From positions 160,001 through 224,000 of the forward strand of contig JBBTCT010000001.1 in NCBI GenBank assembly GCA_038060895.1: a DNA stretch of 64,000 nucleotides, read 5' to 3'. Source of the DNA: Planctomycetota bacterium (GTDB lineage: Bacteria > Planctomycetota > MHYJ01 > WSZJ01). This document shows, piece after piece, positions 52,814 through 61,820 of the stretch. The position numbers were made by a program, and so were the translations under genes. The number at the start of each line of letters is the position of its first letter. The stretch's first letter is position 1. The notes beneath the pieces were generated by a model. It was not told the origin of the DNA. It was given only the letters and a program-made list of their open reading frames with translations, and ran no database searches.

Positions 52814-52912
52814 AAAAAAAAAGCCCTGTCCGTTTGGGGACAGGGCTTGTTGCGGCGCTGGGTTCGTTATCCCGGCTGGCCCGCAAAGGCCTCCGTCCCG
52901 TAGGTATACGGG
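52814..52912 (-). promoter_or_regulatory. Transcription attenuator (protector, antiterminator, terminator)
   Basis: Terminator AAGCCCTGTCC-CCAAAC-GGACAGGGCTT plus U-tract (52848-52814). Antiterminator pairs 52899-52881 with 52855-52837. Protector CCCGTA-TACC-TACGGG at 52912-52897. Confidence 0.9.
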
Positions 52913-52953
52913 CGCCAGGTCCAGCTCGGGATGAAGGGGGCGTTGCGGGTCAT
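52867..52953 (-). CDS. trpL: trp operon leader peptide (28 aa)
   Basis: MTRNAPFIPSWTWRPYTYGTEAFAGQPG, with Trp codons 11 and 13 just before the protector hairpin. Confidence 0.85.
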   Translation of the reverse strand: MTRNAPFIPSWTWRPYTYGTEAFAGQPG

Positions 52954-52962
52954 GGGGGCGGC

Positions 52963-52992
52963 AAGATAGAGATGTCGGGGGGAGTGTGTCAA
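52963..52992 (-). promoter_or_regulatory. Sigma70-type promoter of the trp leader
   Basis: TTGACA-N18-TATCTT, ending 9 nt before the leader ATG. Confidence 0.7.
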
Positions 52993-53280
52993 CAGGAATT
53001 CGGGAGGGCAGGAACCGGCAGGATGGAGGGCTGAGTTGGGAGTAGGGGGTAGGTTGCAGGTAGCAGATGCAGCCGCCGAAACGGCTGGATTCCCGGATTT
53101 CAACGCTTTCGGCGGAAGGCTTGAAATCTTAAGCTGTTATGCCATATATACTTGTGATAACACCACGACGTTTCCAACAAGAAATAAACGACGGATGTTT
53201 GACTTCCATACATTTATACTTTATAAAGTATAGAGACAGAGGGGATTTTGCATACTTTTCACGACCTTCGGAGAGGACTC

Positions 53281-54492
53281 ATGCTCAAAGCCATCGCCTG
53301 CGCGGTCGTCATCACGACCGTGACTATCGTCGCCTATTTCCGCGGTTGGCTCCCGGTCCACTCCCGCAGCTCCACCCCCGCGGAAAAAGTGAGCCTCGCC
53401 CCCGCCCGTCCCACCGTCAGCACGACCGGCGGCGCTCCCTCCGTCAGCGATGCCCAGTCCGCCGCCGTCAAGCCGGAACCAAAGGGCGGCCTCGGCCTCT
53501 TCCAGCTCGGCGACTACGAAGCCGCCATCCCGGAACTCGTGAAAGAAGTCGAGAAGAACAAGGTCTCCGCTTCCCTGCGCGCCGCACTCGCCGTTTCTTA
53601 CGAGAAGACCGGGCGGACCGTGGAAGCGATCGCGCAGTGGGCCAAGCTCGCGGAGTCCTGCCCGAAGGCGCCGGAGCGCGCTTCGGCCCTCGCCCGCGTG
53701 TACATGGGGAGCGAAGGGTCGGCCCGCGTGGACGCGGGGATGAAGCTGCTGAGGGACCATCCGGAGTCGGCGGAGTCGTCCTCGAGCGTGCTGGCGATCG
53801 CGGATGCGGCGGACAAGAACGGGCGTCCGCTGGAGGCGTGGGAGGCGTGTTCGCTGGCGGTGAACCTGGGGGTCGGGAACGAGCCGGGCCTCGTCACTCG
53901 CTGCAGCAACTACGCGGACCAGCTCGCGTTCAGCGCGAAGGACGTCGCGGAGCTGGGTACGGTTTACGTCGTGAAATCGGGCGACCTCGTCGTGACGATC
54001 GCGAAGAAGCACAAGATCGACTCGGGCGTGATCGCGCGCGTGAACAAGGTCCAGAACGGGATGATCCGCGCCGGGCAGCGCCTGAAAGTCCTGACGGCGA
54101 AGGCTTCCATCGAAGTGTCGATCAAGCGGACGTGGCTGAGGCTCTGGTACAACGGCCGGCTGCTGGCCCGGCAATACCCGGTCTGCACGGGAAAGCTCGA
54201 CGAGAGCCCGACGCCGATCGGCGAGTTCACGGTGTCCACCAAGCTGGTCAATCCCGAATGGACCCGCGCGGGACAGCGGGCCGTCTCCGCTGACGACCCG
54301 GAGAATCCGCTCGGCACGCGCTGGATGGGCTTCGCCGAGCCGGGATTCACGAGCTACGGCATCCACGGAACGCGCAAGCCGGAAACGATCGGGAAGCACG
54401 AGTCGAACGGGTGCGTGCGGATGCGGAACGAGAGCGTTGAAGAGCTGTTCGACCTTGCGGGGTCGGGGACAAAGATCTCGATTCACGAGTAA
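53281..54492 (+). CDS. L,D-transpeptidase (YkuD) with LysM and TPR-like region
   Basis: N-terminal TM helix, LysM (YVVKSGD...IAKKH), NPLGTRWMG, YGIHGT, SNGCVRM. Confidence 0.93.
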   Translation: MLKAIACAVVITTVTIVAYFRGWLPVHSRSSTPAEKVSLAPARPTVSTTGGAPSVSDAQSAAVKPEPKGGLGLFQLGDYEAAIPELVKEVEKNKVSASLRAALAVSYEKTGRTVEAIAQWAKLAESCPKAPERASALARVYMGSEGSARVDAGMKLLRDHPESAESSSSVLAIADAADKNGRPLEAWEACSLAVNLGVGNEPGLVTRCSNYADQLAFSAKDVAELGTVYVVKSGDLVVTIAKKHKIDSGVIARVNKVQNGMIRAGQRLKVLTAKASIEVSIKRTWLRLWYNGRLLARQYPVCTGKLDESPTPIGEFTVSTKLVNPEWTRAGQRAVSADDPENPLGTRWMGFAEPGFTSYGIHGTRKPETIGKHESNGCVRMRNESVEELFDLAGSGTKISIHE

Positions 54493-54530
54493 GCGCCGCG
54501 GCAGCCACGAAAGGAAGAGCGAAACAACAA

Positions 54531-54555
54531 CGGCCACCTCCCCCTGAGGTGGCCG
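54531..54555. terminator. Hairpin between convergent genes
   Basis: CGGCCACCTC-CCCCT-GAGGTGGCCG. On the minus strand it is followed by TTGTTGTTT. Confidence 0.65.
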
Positions 54556-55968
54556 CTACTTTTTGGCTCGCTCCTCAAGGAATTCCCCGACCGCATCTTT
54601 CATCGCACGCTCCCCTTCTTTCCCGAACCACGCCTCCCACTGCCGCCGCGCCTGCCCCGCAAACATCCCGACTCCGGAGATTGCGCGGCATCCCCGCGCC
54701 CCCGCTTCCCTGAGAAGCCTCGTCTCCCTCGGCGTGTAAACGCAGTCGTACACCGCGCACCCGTCAGGCAGCCTGGCGGCGGAGAACGGCGTCTCGTCCG
54801 CCGCCGGGTCCATTCCCACGGAAGTGGTGTTCACCAGGACGTCGAACGCGATCCCTTCTCCCCCCGTCCATGGAACCGGAGTCGCGTCGAATTCCCGCGC
54901 GAGATCCCCCGTCTTCACGGAGTTGCGGCCCGCCAGGAAGAGGACATTCGGTCCCGCGAGCGCCGCGAGAATGGCGCGCGCAGCGCCTCCCGCGCCCAGC
55001 ACCACGACGCGCAGCCCTTTGGCCGCCCGCCCGAGCCCCGCCTCCAGCGACTCGAGAAACCCGGCAGAATCCGTATTCGTCGCCTCCCACATGCCGGCGC
55101 GCTTCGTCAGCGTGTTGGCCGCCCCGGCGCGTCGCGCCGCCGCGTCCGCTTTCGCGCCGCGGCCCGCCTCGACCTTGTGCGGGATCGTGACGCTCGCGCC
55201 CTCGACGCCAAGCGATTCGAGCGCCGCGAAAAGCTCCCCCTCGCGAACAAGCGCGGGAACGTACACCGCGTCCAGGCCGGCCTTCGCAAACGCCGTGTTG
55301 AACAGCCGCGGCGACTGCGAATGCGCCACCGGGTCGCCCGCGACGCAGAACGCCCTCGTGGAAGCGCCGATGCGCTCGAACCGGTAGAGGCCGCGCAGTT
55401 CCCCTTCACCCCATTGCCCTTCGGCCGTCGGTTCTCCGCCCTCCGGCGCCGCATAGGTCCACGGCGCGCCGATGCGGGCGCCGAGGATGCGGGCCGCGGC
55501 GCCGAGGCCACCCATGGGGACGATGACGGCGCGCGCGCCGAGGTCGCGCTGGAGTTCGAGAAGCGCGCGGAGCTCTGCGGCGGACTTCGGCGTCGCCGCG
55601 ATCTTCACGACGTCCGCCTTTTCCGCGAGCATGCGGTGCGCGAGCCCGCGCGCGTCCGCCGGCACTCCTTCGAAATCGTGGTGCGACAGGATCAGCCGCA
55701 CCCCCGCCGGCCGCGCGGGGCGCCACGCCGCGCGCGCCTCGACATCCACCGCCCACGCCCCGGATGCCGCGGCGCGCTCGACCGCCGTACGCCGCTCTTC
55801 TTCGCTCCCCGCAAATGTCCCGCCCTCCCAGGAGGCGCGGCACGTCGCGATCGCGTCGCAGCCGGACGGAACCTGGGGCCACGTCGCTCCCCGGTCGAGA
55901 CGGATCTCCACGAAGGCGCGCCCGGCAATCGCCGCGCCCCCGGACAGAGAGACGCAAATCCGGCTCAC
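54556..55968 (-). CDS. aroE: Fused type I 3-dehydroquinate dehydratase / shikimate dehydrogenase (AroDE)
   Basis: N-terminal VEIRLD, ILSHHDF, VVKIA, TAEGQ. C-terminal HSQSP, SVTIPHK, NTD, GAGGAA, NTTSVGM. GTG overlaps the DedA gene stop. Confidence 0.92.
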   Translation of the reverse strand: MSRICVSLSGGAAIAGRAFVEIRLDRGATWPQVPSGCDAIATCRASWEGGTFAGSEEERRTAVERAAASGAWAVDVEARAAWRPARPAGVRLILSHHDFEGVPADARGLAHRMLAEKADVVKIAATPKSAAELRALLELQRDLGARAVIVPMGGLGAAARILGARIGAPWTYAAPEGGEPTAEGQWGEGELRGLYRFERIGASTRAFCVAGDPVAHSQSPRLFNTAFAKAGLDAVYVPALVREGELFAALESLGVEGASVTIPHKVEAGRGAKADAAARRAGAANTLTKRAGMWEATNTDSAGFLESLEAGLGRAAKGLRVVVLGAGGAARAILAALAGPNVLFLAGRNSVKTGDLAREFDATPVPWTGGEGIAFDVLVNTTSVGMDPAADETPFSAARLPDGCAVYDCVYTPRETRLLREAGARGCRAISGVGMFAGQARRQWEAWFGKEGERAMKDAVGEFLEERAKK

Positions 55969-56636
55969 TTCGGCGCCTCTTCGCCCGGGGGAACCGGCGG
56001 CGCCGCTTCCATCGCCTTCGCCGCCATCCGGTCCTTGTGCCCCTTCCACCAGTGCCACAACACCGTCAGCACCACGATCACCAGGATCCCGCCGAAGATC
56101 CAGTGGTTCGCGTGCTCAACCTTCGCGATCGCCTCCTTGAAGTTCTTCGAGAAGCGAAACGCGATGTAGATCGACGTCGGCCCGCTGATGAGGGTCCCGG
56201 CGAGGTCGAGGAGGACGAAGCGCACCGGGTGCATCTTCATCGTGCCGGCATAAAAGTAGACGGGCATGCGGATGCCGGCGAAGAAGCGGGCGAAGAAGAC
56301 CGTCTTGCTGCCGTGTCTCTCGAAGTAGTGCTCGACCTTGGCGAGGCGCGGCGCGGGAAAGAGCCACTTTCCGAACCGCGTGGTCAGGAGCTGGCGGCCC
56401 CATCGGCGGGCGATGAAGAACATGGTGAGGTCGCCGCCGATGATGGAGGCGACGCAAAGGACCATGATGAGCCAGAGATGGACGTATCCCTCGTACGCGG
56501 CCCACCCGGCGAGCAGGAGGGTGATTTCTTCGGGGATCGGGACCCCGAGTCCGCAGACATAAAGGACGCCCACGATGACCGTGTAGGCGTTGTCCTGGAC
56601 CAGGGACTGGAGCGCAAAGGTGAGTTTTTCGAACAT
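55965..56636 (-). CDS. DedA family membrane protein
   Basis: GLGVPIPEE, GGD...F, RHGSKTVFFARFFAGIR. Confidence 0.92.
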   Translation of the reverse strand: MFEKLTFALQSLVQDNAYTVIVGVLYVCGLGVPIPEEITLLLAGWAAYEGYVHLWLIMVLCVASIIGGDLTMFFIARRWGRQLLTTRFGKWLFPAPRLAKVEHYFERHGSKTVFFARFFAGIRMPVYFYAGTMKMHPVRFVLLDLAGTLISGPTSIYIAFRFSKNFKEAIAKVEHANHWIFGGILVIVVLTVLWHWWKGHKDRMAAKAMEAAPPVPPGEEAPK

Positions 56637-56701
56637 GGCGGGGCGAGAGTCTATCACGAGGCCCGGTGGACGCGCCCCGCGGCGCCCGCTACAGTCGCGG
56701 C

Positions 56702-57544
56702 ATGAGCCGCACGGTTTCCGTCGTGGGCGCGGGCCGGGTCGGCGCGGCGCTGGGGGCTGCGCTGAAGCGCGCGGGGTGGCGGGTCGCGGCGGTTTCCTGC
56801 CGGGGGGCTGCTTCGGCGAAGCGCGCGGCACGATTCGTCGGCGCGCCCTCAACGAGCGCGCGCGAAGCGGCGGCCCGGGGCGATGTGGTCATCGTCGCCG
56901 TTCCCGACGATGCGCTGGCCGCCGTCGCGCGCGAAATCGCTCCGGCCGTCCGCGGCGGCGCCGTCATCGTCCACACGGCGGGCGCGCTCTCCTCCGACGC
57001 GCTCGCTGCCGTCCGCCGCCGCGGCGCCCGCGCCGCGAGCCTGCACCCGCTCATGACGTTTCCGACGGCCGCGAAGGGCCTCGCGGGAATCCGCGGGGCG
57101 CACTTTTTCCACGAGGGCGACCGCGGGACGGCGCCGCTTCTTCGGTCGCTCGTCCGCGCGATCGGCGGAGTTCCTGTGGCCGTGTCGAAGCGAGGCAAGG
57201 TGCTCTATCACGCCGGCGCCGTCCTGGCCTGCAACGACCTCGTCGCGCTTCTCGCCGACGCCTTCGGCCTCTTCGCCACTGCCGGCGTTCGCGAGAAAAA
57301 AACACGGGCGGCGCTGGGCCCGCTCATCCGCCGGACCGTCGAGAACGTCCTTGCGCTCGGTCCGGCCCGGGCGCTGACGGGTCCGGTCGCGCGCGGCGAC
57401 GCCGAAACGGTCGCATTGCACCTCGCGGCGCTGCGCGGCCCCGCCCGCGAAACCTATCGCGTCCTCGGCCTTGCGACGCTCCGGCTTGCCGGCCTTTCCG
57501 CCCCGCGTCGGGCCCGCCTTGCCCGGCTGCTCGCGGCGCGATGA
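56702..57544 (+). CDS. Rossmann-like + DUF2520 oxidoreductase (PanG-like)
   Basis: VGAGRVG, AVPDD, HTAGA, LHPLMTF, YHAGAV..N, ALTGPVARGD. Confidence 0.9.
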   Translation: MSRTVSVVGAGRVGAALGAALKRAGWRVAAVSCRGAASAKRAARFVGAPSTSAREAAARGDVVIVAVPDDALAAVAREIAPAVRGGAVIVHTAGALSSDALAAVRRRGARAASLHPLMTFPTAAKGLAGIRGAHFFHEGDRGTAPLLRSLVRAIGGVPVAVSKRGKVLYHAGAVLACNDLVALLADAFGLFATAGVREKKTRAALGPLIRRTVENVLALGPARALTGPVARGDAETVALHLAALRGPARETYRVLGLATLRLAGLSAPRRARLARLLAAR

Positions 57545-57591
57545 GGGAGGCCGGGATGCATTTTCCCGGCTCTAAGCTTAGAATCGTCCGC

Positions 57592-58161
57592 GTGTGCAAC
57601 ATCATCCTCGTCGGTTTCCGCTGCACCGGGAAAACCACCGTCGGGCGCTACCTCGGCAAGCGCCTGCGCATGGAATTCGTCGATTCCGACGAGCTGATCG
57701 AGCTGCGCGCGCGGCAGAACATCCGTGAGATCTTCGAAAAGAAGGGCGAAACGTGGTTCCGCGGGCAGGAGGCGGACATCCTGGCCGAGCTCGGCCACCG
57801 CGACAACCTGGTCATCGCCACGGGCGGCGGCTGCGTGCTGCGGTACAAGACCATCCGGGAACTGAAGCGCAACGGCAGGGTCGTCCTGCTCGAGGCGGAC
57901 CCGGAGACGCTTCACCGCCGCATCAAGGAGGATCCCCGGACGTCGACGACGCGCCCCGCGCTGACGACGATGAGCCTCTACGAGGAGATCATTTCGCAGC
58001 TCGAGCTTCGGCGGCCCTACTACGAGCAGGCTTCCGAAATAAAAATATCGACCGTCAGCCGCCCGATCGACGACATCGCCGAGGAAGTCATCACGCGCCT
58101 CGGCCTGAAAGCGACGATGAACGCGCCGGATCCGCGGAAGCACCCCGAGAATGATCCCTGA
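57592..58161 (+). CDS. aroK: Shikimate kinase
   Basis: NIILVGFRCTGKTTVG, FVDSD, GETWFR..E, IATGGG, RPAL. Confidence 0.95.
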   Translation: MCNIILVGFRCTGKTTVGRYLGKRLRMEFVDSDELIELRARQNIREIFEKKGETWFRGQEADILAELGHRDNLVIATGGGCVLRYKTIRELKRNGRVVLLEADPETLHRRIKEDPRTSTTRPALTTMSLYEEIISQLELRRPYYEQASEIKISTVSRPIDDIAEEVITRLGLKATMNAPDPRKHPENDP

Positions 58162-58221
58162 CCGTTCGATGTGTATGATGCGGCCGCTTCAGTCGGGGGG
58201 GATCCTGGCTGGAGGTGCCCG

Positions 58222-59484
58222 ATGAAACTGCGCCGGTTCCTGTCGATGTTCGCGATCCACCTTTCGATCGCGCTGGCCGTGGGATGTTCCTCCGACCCGG
58301 ACCCGGATCCCCTCGACGGCCTCGGCCTGCGTGAAGCGCCGGTCGCACCCGCGGAGCACGGGCTCCCGGGCGAGTTCATCGCCGGCGGCACCGGGACCGA
58401 CCTGTCGGTGCTCCGCCTGAATCCCGGCGGGTCGTGGGAGATGGAAACCCCCGACTGGAAGTACGGCATCGAGGAATCGTCCGGGATCTGGCGGCGGCAG
58501 GGGACGCGGCTGGCGCTTTTCTACGGCGCCGAGGCCAGGCGGACCGCCGAAAACTGGGCGGACCTGCGTGCGTGGCAACCGTCGGATGGCGTCATTCCCT
58601 TCCGCATCATCGCGTGGGGACGTCGCACCTACCTCGTGGACGACGCGCGCGCGCGGCAGTTCGCGGCGGCGGTCGAGTCGGGTGCCGAGCCGCGCGGGAC
58701 GGCGGGCGGCGCGTTCTTCATGGCGAGCGGCGACGACTCGCGCCGGGCCGGCGGCCCGCCGTCGCTTCCGGATGAATGGAAGACGCTGCTGGCCGCGGTT
58801 CCCACCGGCGAATACACGCGGGGCCCGTACCCCGGCGGGTCGTATGAACTCCGCGAGGACGGAACCTGGACGAACGAGGAGCACAGCTGCAGCGGATTGA
58901 GCCGTGCGCGTCGAGGCGTCTATTCCTCGGACAACGACCTGCTGGTTCTTGAAATCCTGGAGGCGGTGACGGAGCCCGTGGAGGACGGCGATCCCGTCGT
59001 CTGGAAACCCTGGTCGGGGACGATCCGGTTCCATGTGGTCCACTGGGGGAAACGGGCCTACCTGGTCGAGCCGGGAAAGTGGCTCGAGTTCGTCAACGTC
59101 GTCAACCAGGGGTACGAGCCGCGCCGGGAATACGAAGGATTCGTCTTTCTGCTTGTGGGAGACGAGGGGATTCCCGTCAGCGGGCCGCCGCCGGTCCCCG
59201 AGGAGTGGCGCGCCTGGCTGCTCCCGCAGCCGCTGAAAGGCGAAATCGTCGATGTCCTTCCGGACGGAACAGGAGTCTGTTCCCTCGGCGAAAGACACGG
59301 CGTCCGCAAGGGAATGGTGTTCTACGCACGGTCGCCCGGGGGACGAAACGGCGTCGCCGGGAGTGTCATCGCCGTCCAGGAGGACCGTTGCATCCTGGCC
59401 TGCGAAGAAGGGAAGAGCTCGCCGGAATTCACAGAAGGAATGCGAGTGCTGTCCCGCTTCGCGAACGACGAAGACAGGGAGTGA
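58222..59484 (+). CDS. Lipoprotein with two copies of an uncharacterised WG-x3-YL domain
   Basis: Lipobox AVGC, GGAGG SD, visible internal duplication. Confidence 0.8.
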   Translation: MKLRRFLSMFAIHLSIALAVGCSSDPDPDPLDGLGLREAPVAPAEHGLPGEFIAGGTGTDLSVLRLNPGGSWEMETPDWKYGIEESSGIWRRQGTRLALFYGAEARRTAENWADLRAWQPSDGVIPFRIIAWGRRTYLVDDARARQFAAAVESGAEPRGTAGGAFFMASGDDSRRAGGPPSLPDEWKTLLAAVPTGEYTRGPYPGGSYELREDGTWTNEEHSCSGLSRARRGVYSSDNDLLVLEILEAVTEPVEDGDPVVWKPWSGTIRFHVVHWGKRAYLVEPGKWLEFVNVVNQGYEPRREYEGFVFLLVGDEGIPVSGPPPVPEEWRAWLLPQPLKGEIVDVLPDGTGVCSLGERHGVRKGMVFYARSPGGRNGVAGSVIAVQEDRCILACEEGKSSPEFTEGMRVLSRFANDEDRE

Positions 59485-59568
59485 CCGGCGGTCGGGCCTC
59501 AGCCATTGACACGCGTTATCGGGATCCCCACCATTTTCCGCGCCAACGGCTCACTTCAAGGAGAACCT

Positions 59569-60306
59569 GTGCTCCCGCGGATTTGCCGGTGCCTCGCCGT
59601 CGCATCGCTCGCCGTCGCTGCCGGCTGCGCCTCCCGCGAGCCGCAACCCGGCGAACCCCCCTTCACCCCCGCCTCGGCCTCCGAGCTGCAGGACATCGCC
59701 GGGGTCTACGCCTACGAACTGGACGGGACCCGCAGGCTGGAGATCGGAACGGGGGGCGGATACGAAGAGACGATCGAGGGATCGTGTTTCGAAACTCCGC
59801 CGGACGAGGGAGACGTGGGGACGGACTCAGGAGTGATCGTTTTGCGGCCCGAGAAGCGGCCTTTGGAGAGGATCCGGATGGTGTCGGTGGCGTGGGGGGA
59901 GCGGAGGTACCTGCTCGAGGAGCGGGACGTGCCCGAGTTCTGCCAGCGGGTGAAAAGCGGCGACGAGCCGCGGAGGGGGGCGAAGGGACTCTTTTATCTG
60001 CGCGAGGGAGACTGGAACAGATCTGCCGCGGGCGAGCCGGGGGTGCCGCAGGAATGGAGGGCGTTCCTGTCGGAGGAGGCGCGCCTCGGGAAGGTGACGT
60101 GGGTGGAGGGAGACGGGCGGGCGTGGACGTCGCTGAACGCGGCGGAAGTCGCGAAAGGGAGGAAGGTCTACGTCGAGTGCGCGCGCGGGTGGGAGGATGC
60201 TGAGGTCGTGGACGTGACGGAGAAGGACAGCGTGGTGAGGCTGGTGGTGGAGGGAGAGGAGATTCGCGCGGGGGCGCGTGTGGCGACGGTGAAGCCGGGG
60301 GAATGA
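59569..60306 (+). CDS. Lipoprotein, single-copy paralog of the upstream gene
   Basis: AAGGAG SD, GTG start, lipobox AAGC, same WGERRYL...EPR...GEPGVPQEWRAFL domain. Confidence 0.78.
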   Translation: MLPRICRCLAVASLAVAAGCASREPQPGEPPFTPASASELQDIAGVYAYELDGTRRLEIGTGGGYEETIEGSCFETPPDEGDVGTDSGVIVLRPEKRPLERIRMVSVAWGERRYLLEERDVPEFCQRVKSGDEPRRGAKGLFYLREGDWNRSAAGEPGVPQEWRAFLSEEARLGKVTWVEGDGRAWTSLNAAEVAKGRKVYVECARGWEDAEVVDVTEKDSVVRLVVEGEEIRAGARVATVKPGE

Positions 60307-60429
60307 GCGGAGAAGCCCACGTCCACGGCGGGCCGACGCAGCGGGCCTTTACGACGGCGGGTTGCGAGGCGCGGTCGCGCGCTGGCGCTCGATTTTTTCG
60401 CGCGCTCTCTGCTACAATCTCCAGGTCGC

Positions 60430-61770
60430 GTGTCCACCCAGCGCGCTGCAAAATCCCGCTCTTCCCGCCGGCTTCCCGTGTCGGCTTGCCGCGGCCCTGA
60501 GGACGTCCTGATCGCGGCCTGGTACGGGCTCCGCTTTGCGCGCGAGGCGCTGCGGACTCTCGAGGGAGACGAAGTCCGGGTCTTCTCGCCGGGGGCGCGA
60601 ACGGCCGGATCGGGGCCGGACTTTCGCAGCGCGCGGCTGTCGATCGGCGGGTGCGAGGTGTGCGGCGAGGTTGAACTGCACTGCGACACGGCGGAATGGG
60701 CCCGGCACGGGCACGACCGGGACCCGAGATACGACGGCGTCGCGCTTCACGTGTCCCTCACCTCGGGAGCGGAGGTCGTGACATCCTGCGGCCGCCGTGT
60801 GCCGCGCCTTCTGGTGTCGCCGCTGGGGAACGAGCCGTCTGCGTGGCGTCGCGTGCCCGCCGTGGCCGCGGAGGCGGGAATCGGGCCGTGCCACGCGGCG
60901 TCGGCGGCACGGCTCGTCCGCGAGCTGGAATGCCTTGGTGTCGAACGAATGCGGCGGCGCGCGGCGCACTTCGCGGAATGGGCGAGGGAGGACGGCGAGG
61001 ACGAGGCCGTCTGGCGCGCCCTCGCGGAGGCGATGGGATACGGCGCGAACTACGAGGCGTTCCGCGCTCTCGCGCTTCACGTCCCGTGGCGATCGCTCGC
61101 GGCCACGCCGCCGGGGCCGGATCGCGCGACGGCCGTGGAGGCCGCTCTGCTCCAGGCTTCCGGACTCTGGCCGGCGGACTCGCGCGACCCCGAATCCCGC
61201 GTGCGCCTCCTCCACCTGCACGCTACCCTGCCCTCCCCGCTCGCCGAAGCCTTCCGATCCGCCGCGTGGCGCCCCGCGGTTCGCCCGCCGGACGCACCCG
61301 TCCGCCGTTTCGCGGCCCTCGCGGCGCTCGTCGCCAACGCCGCCTCGCCCGCGACCCTCCTCGACGAATGGGCCGCCGCCACGGATCTCGCTCACGCCGC
61401 CATTCGAGTCCCTCCCCTTTCCTACTGGGATCGCCGCACCACCTGGGGCGCCCCCACGTTCGCACGCCCCGTCGCCCTCGTCGGCCAGGGACGCGCCCGC
61501 ATCGCCGCCGCATCCGCTCTCCTTCCCCTCGTCGCGGCCCTCCGTCCGGGCTCCGCCGACGCCGCCACGCGCTCCTTCCTCAACCTCACGGCGCTCCCCG
61601 AGGATCACGTCACCCGGTTTGTCCGCTTCCGTATCTTCGGCTCCCCCCGCGGACGCCGGCTGTCGGCCGCCGCACAACAGGGACTTCATCACCTCTACCG
61701 CGCGGGATGCGCCCTGGGAAAACTGGGTTGCCCCAAATGCGAATTGGCAAAGCGGGTCGGGCTTCGATGA
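60430..61770 (+). CDS. DUF2851 family protein
   Basis: GPDFRSA, GEVELH, W..HGH..DPRYD.V.LHV, MGYGAN, QQGLHHL, terminal Cys cluster. Start approximate. Confidence 0.85.
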   Translation: MSTQRAAKSRSSRRLPVSACRGPEDVLIAAWYGLRFAREALRTLEGDEVRVFSPGARTAGSGPDFRSARLSIGGCEVCGEVELHCDTAEWARHGHDRDPRYDGVALHVSLTSGAEVVTSCGRRVPRLLVSPLGNEPSAWRRVPAVAAEAGIGPCHAASAARLVRELECLGVERMRRRAAHFAEWAREDGEDEAVWRALAEAMGYGANYEAFRALALHVPWRSLAATPPGPDRATAVEAALLQASGLWPADSRDPESRVRLLHLHATLPSPLAEAFRSAAWRPAVRPPDAPVRRFAALAALVANAASPATLLDEWAAATDLAHAAIRVPPLSYWDRRTTWGAPTFARPVALVGQGRARIAAASALLPLVAALRPGSADAATRSFLNLTALPEDHVTRFVRFRIFGSPRGRRLSAAAQQGLHHLYRAGCALGKLGCPKCELAKRVGLR

Positions 61771-61820
61771 CCCACTTATCCCACCCCTTTCCCAACACCC
61801 CCCGCTACAATTCAGCCCCC

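Noticed and set aside
53040-53280. A/T-rich stretch as an sRNA, small ORF or foreign DNA
   Set aside because: It lies between divergent transcription units (trp leader and L,D-transpeptidase) and is most simply a promoter region. No convincing structure or ORF.
60696-61820. N-terminal 375 aa of ORF 60696..63665, and likewise 56590..57591 upstream of aroK
   Set aside because: They overlap the DUF2851 and DUF2520 genes in another frame. The real starts are ATG 61821 and GTG 57592, each preceded by a -10 box.
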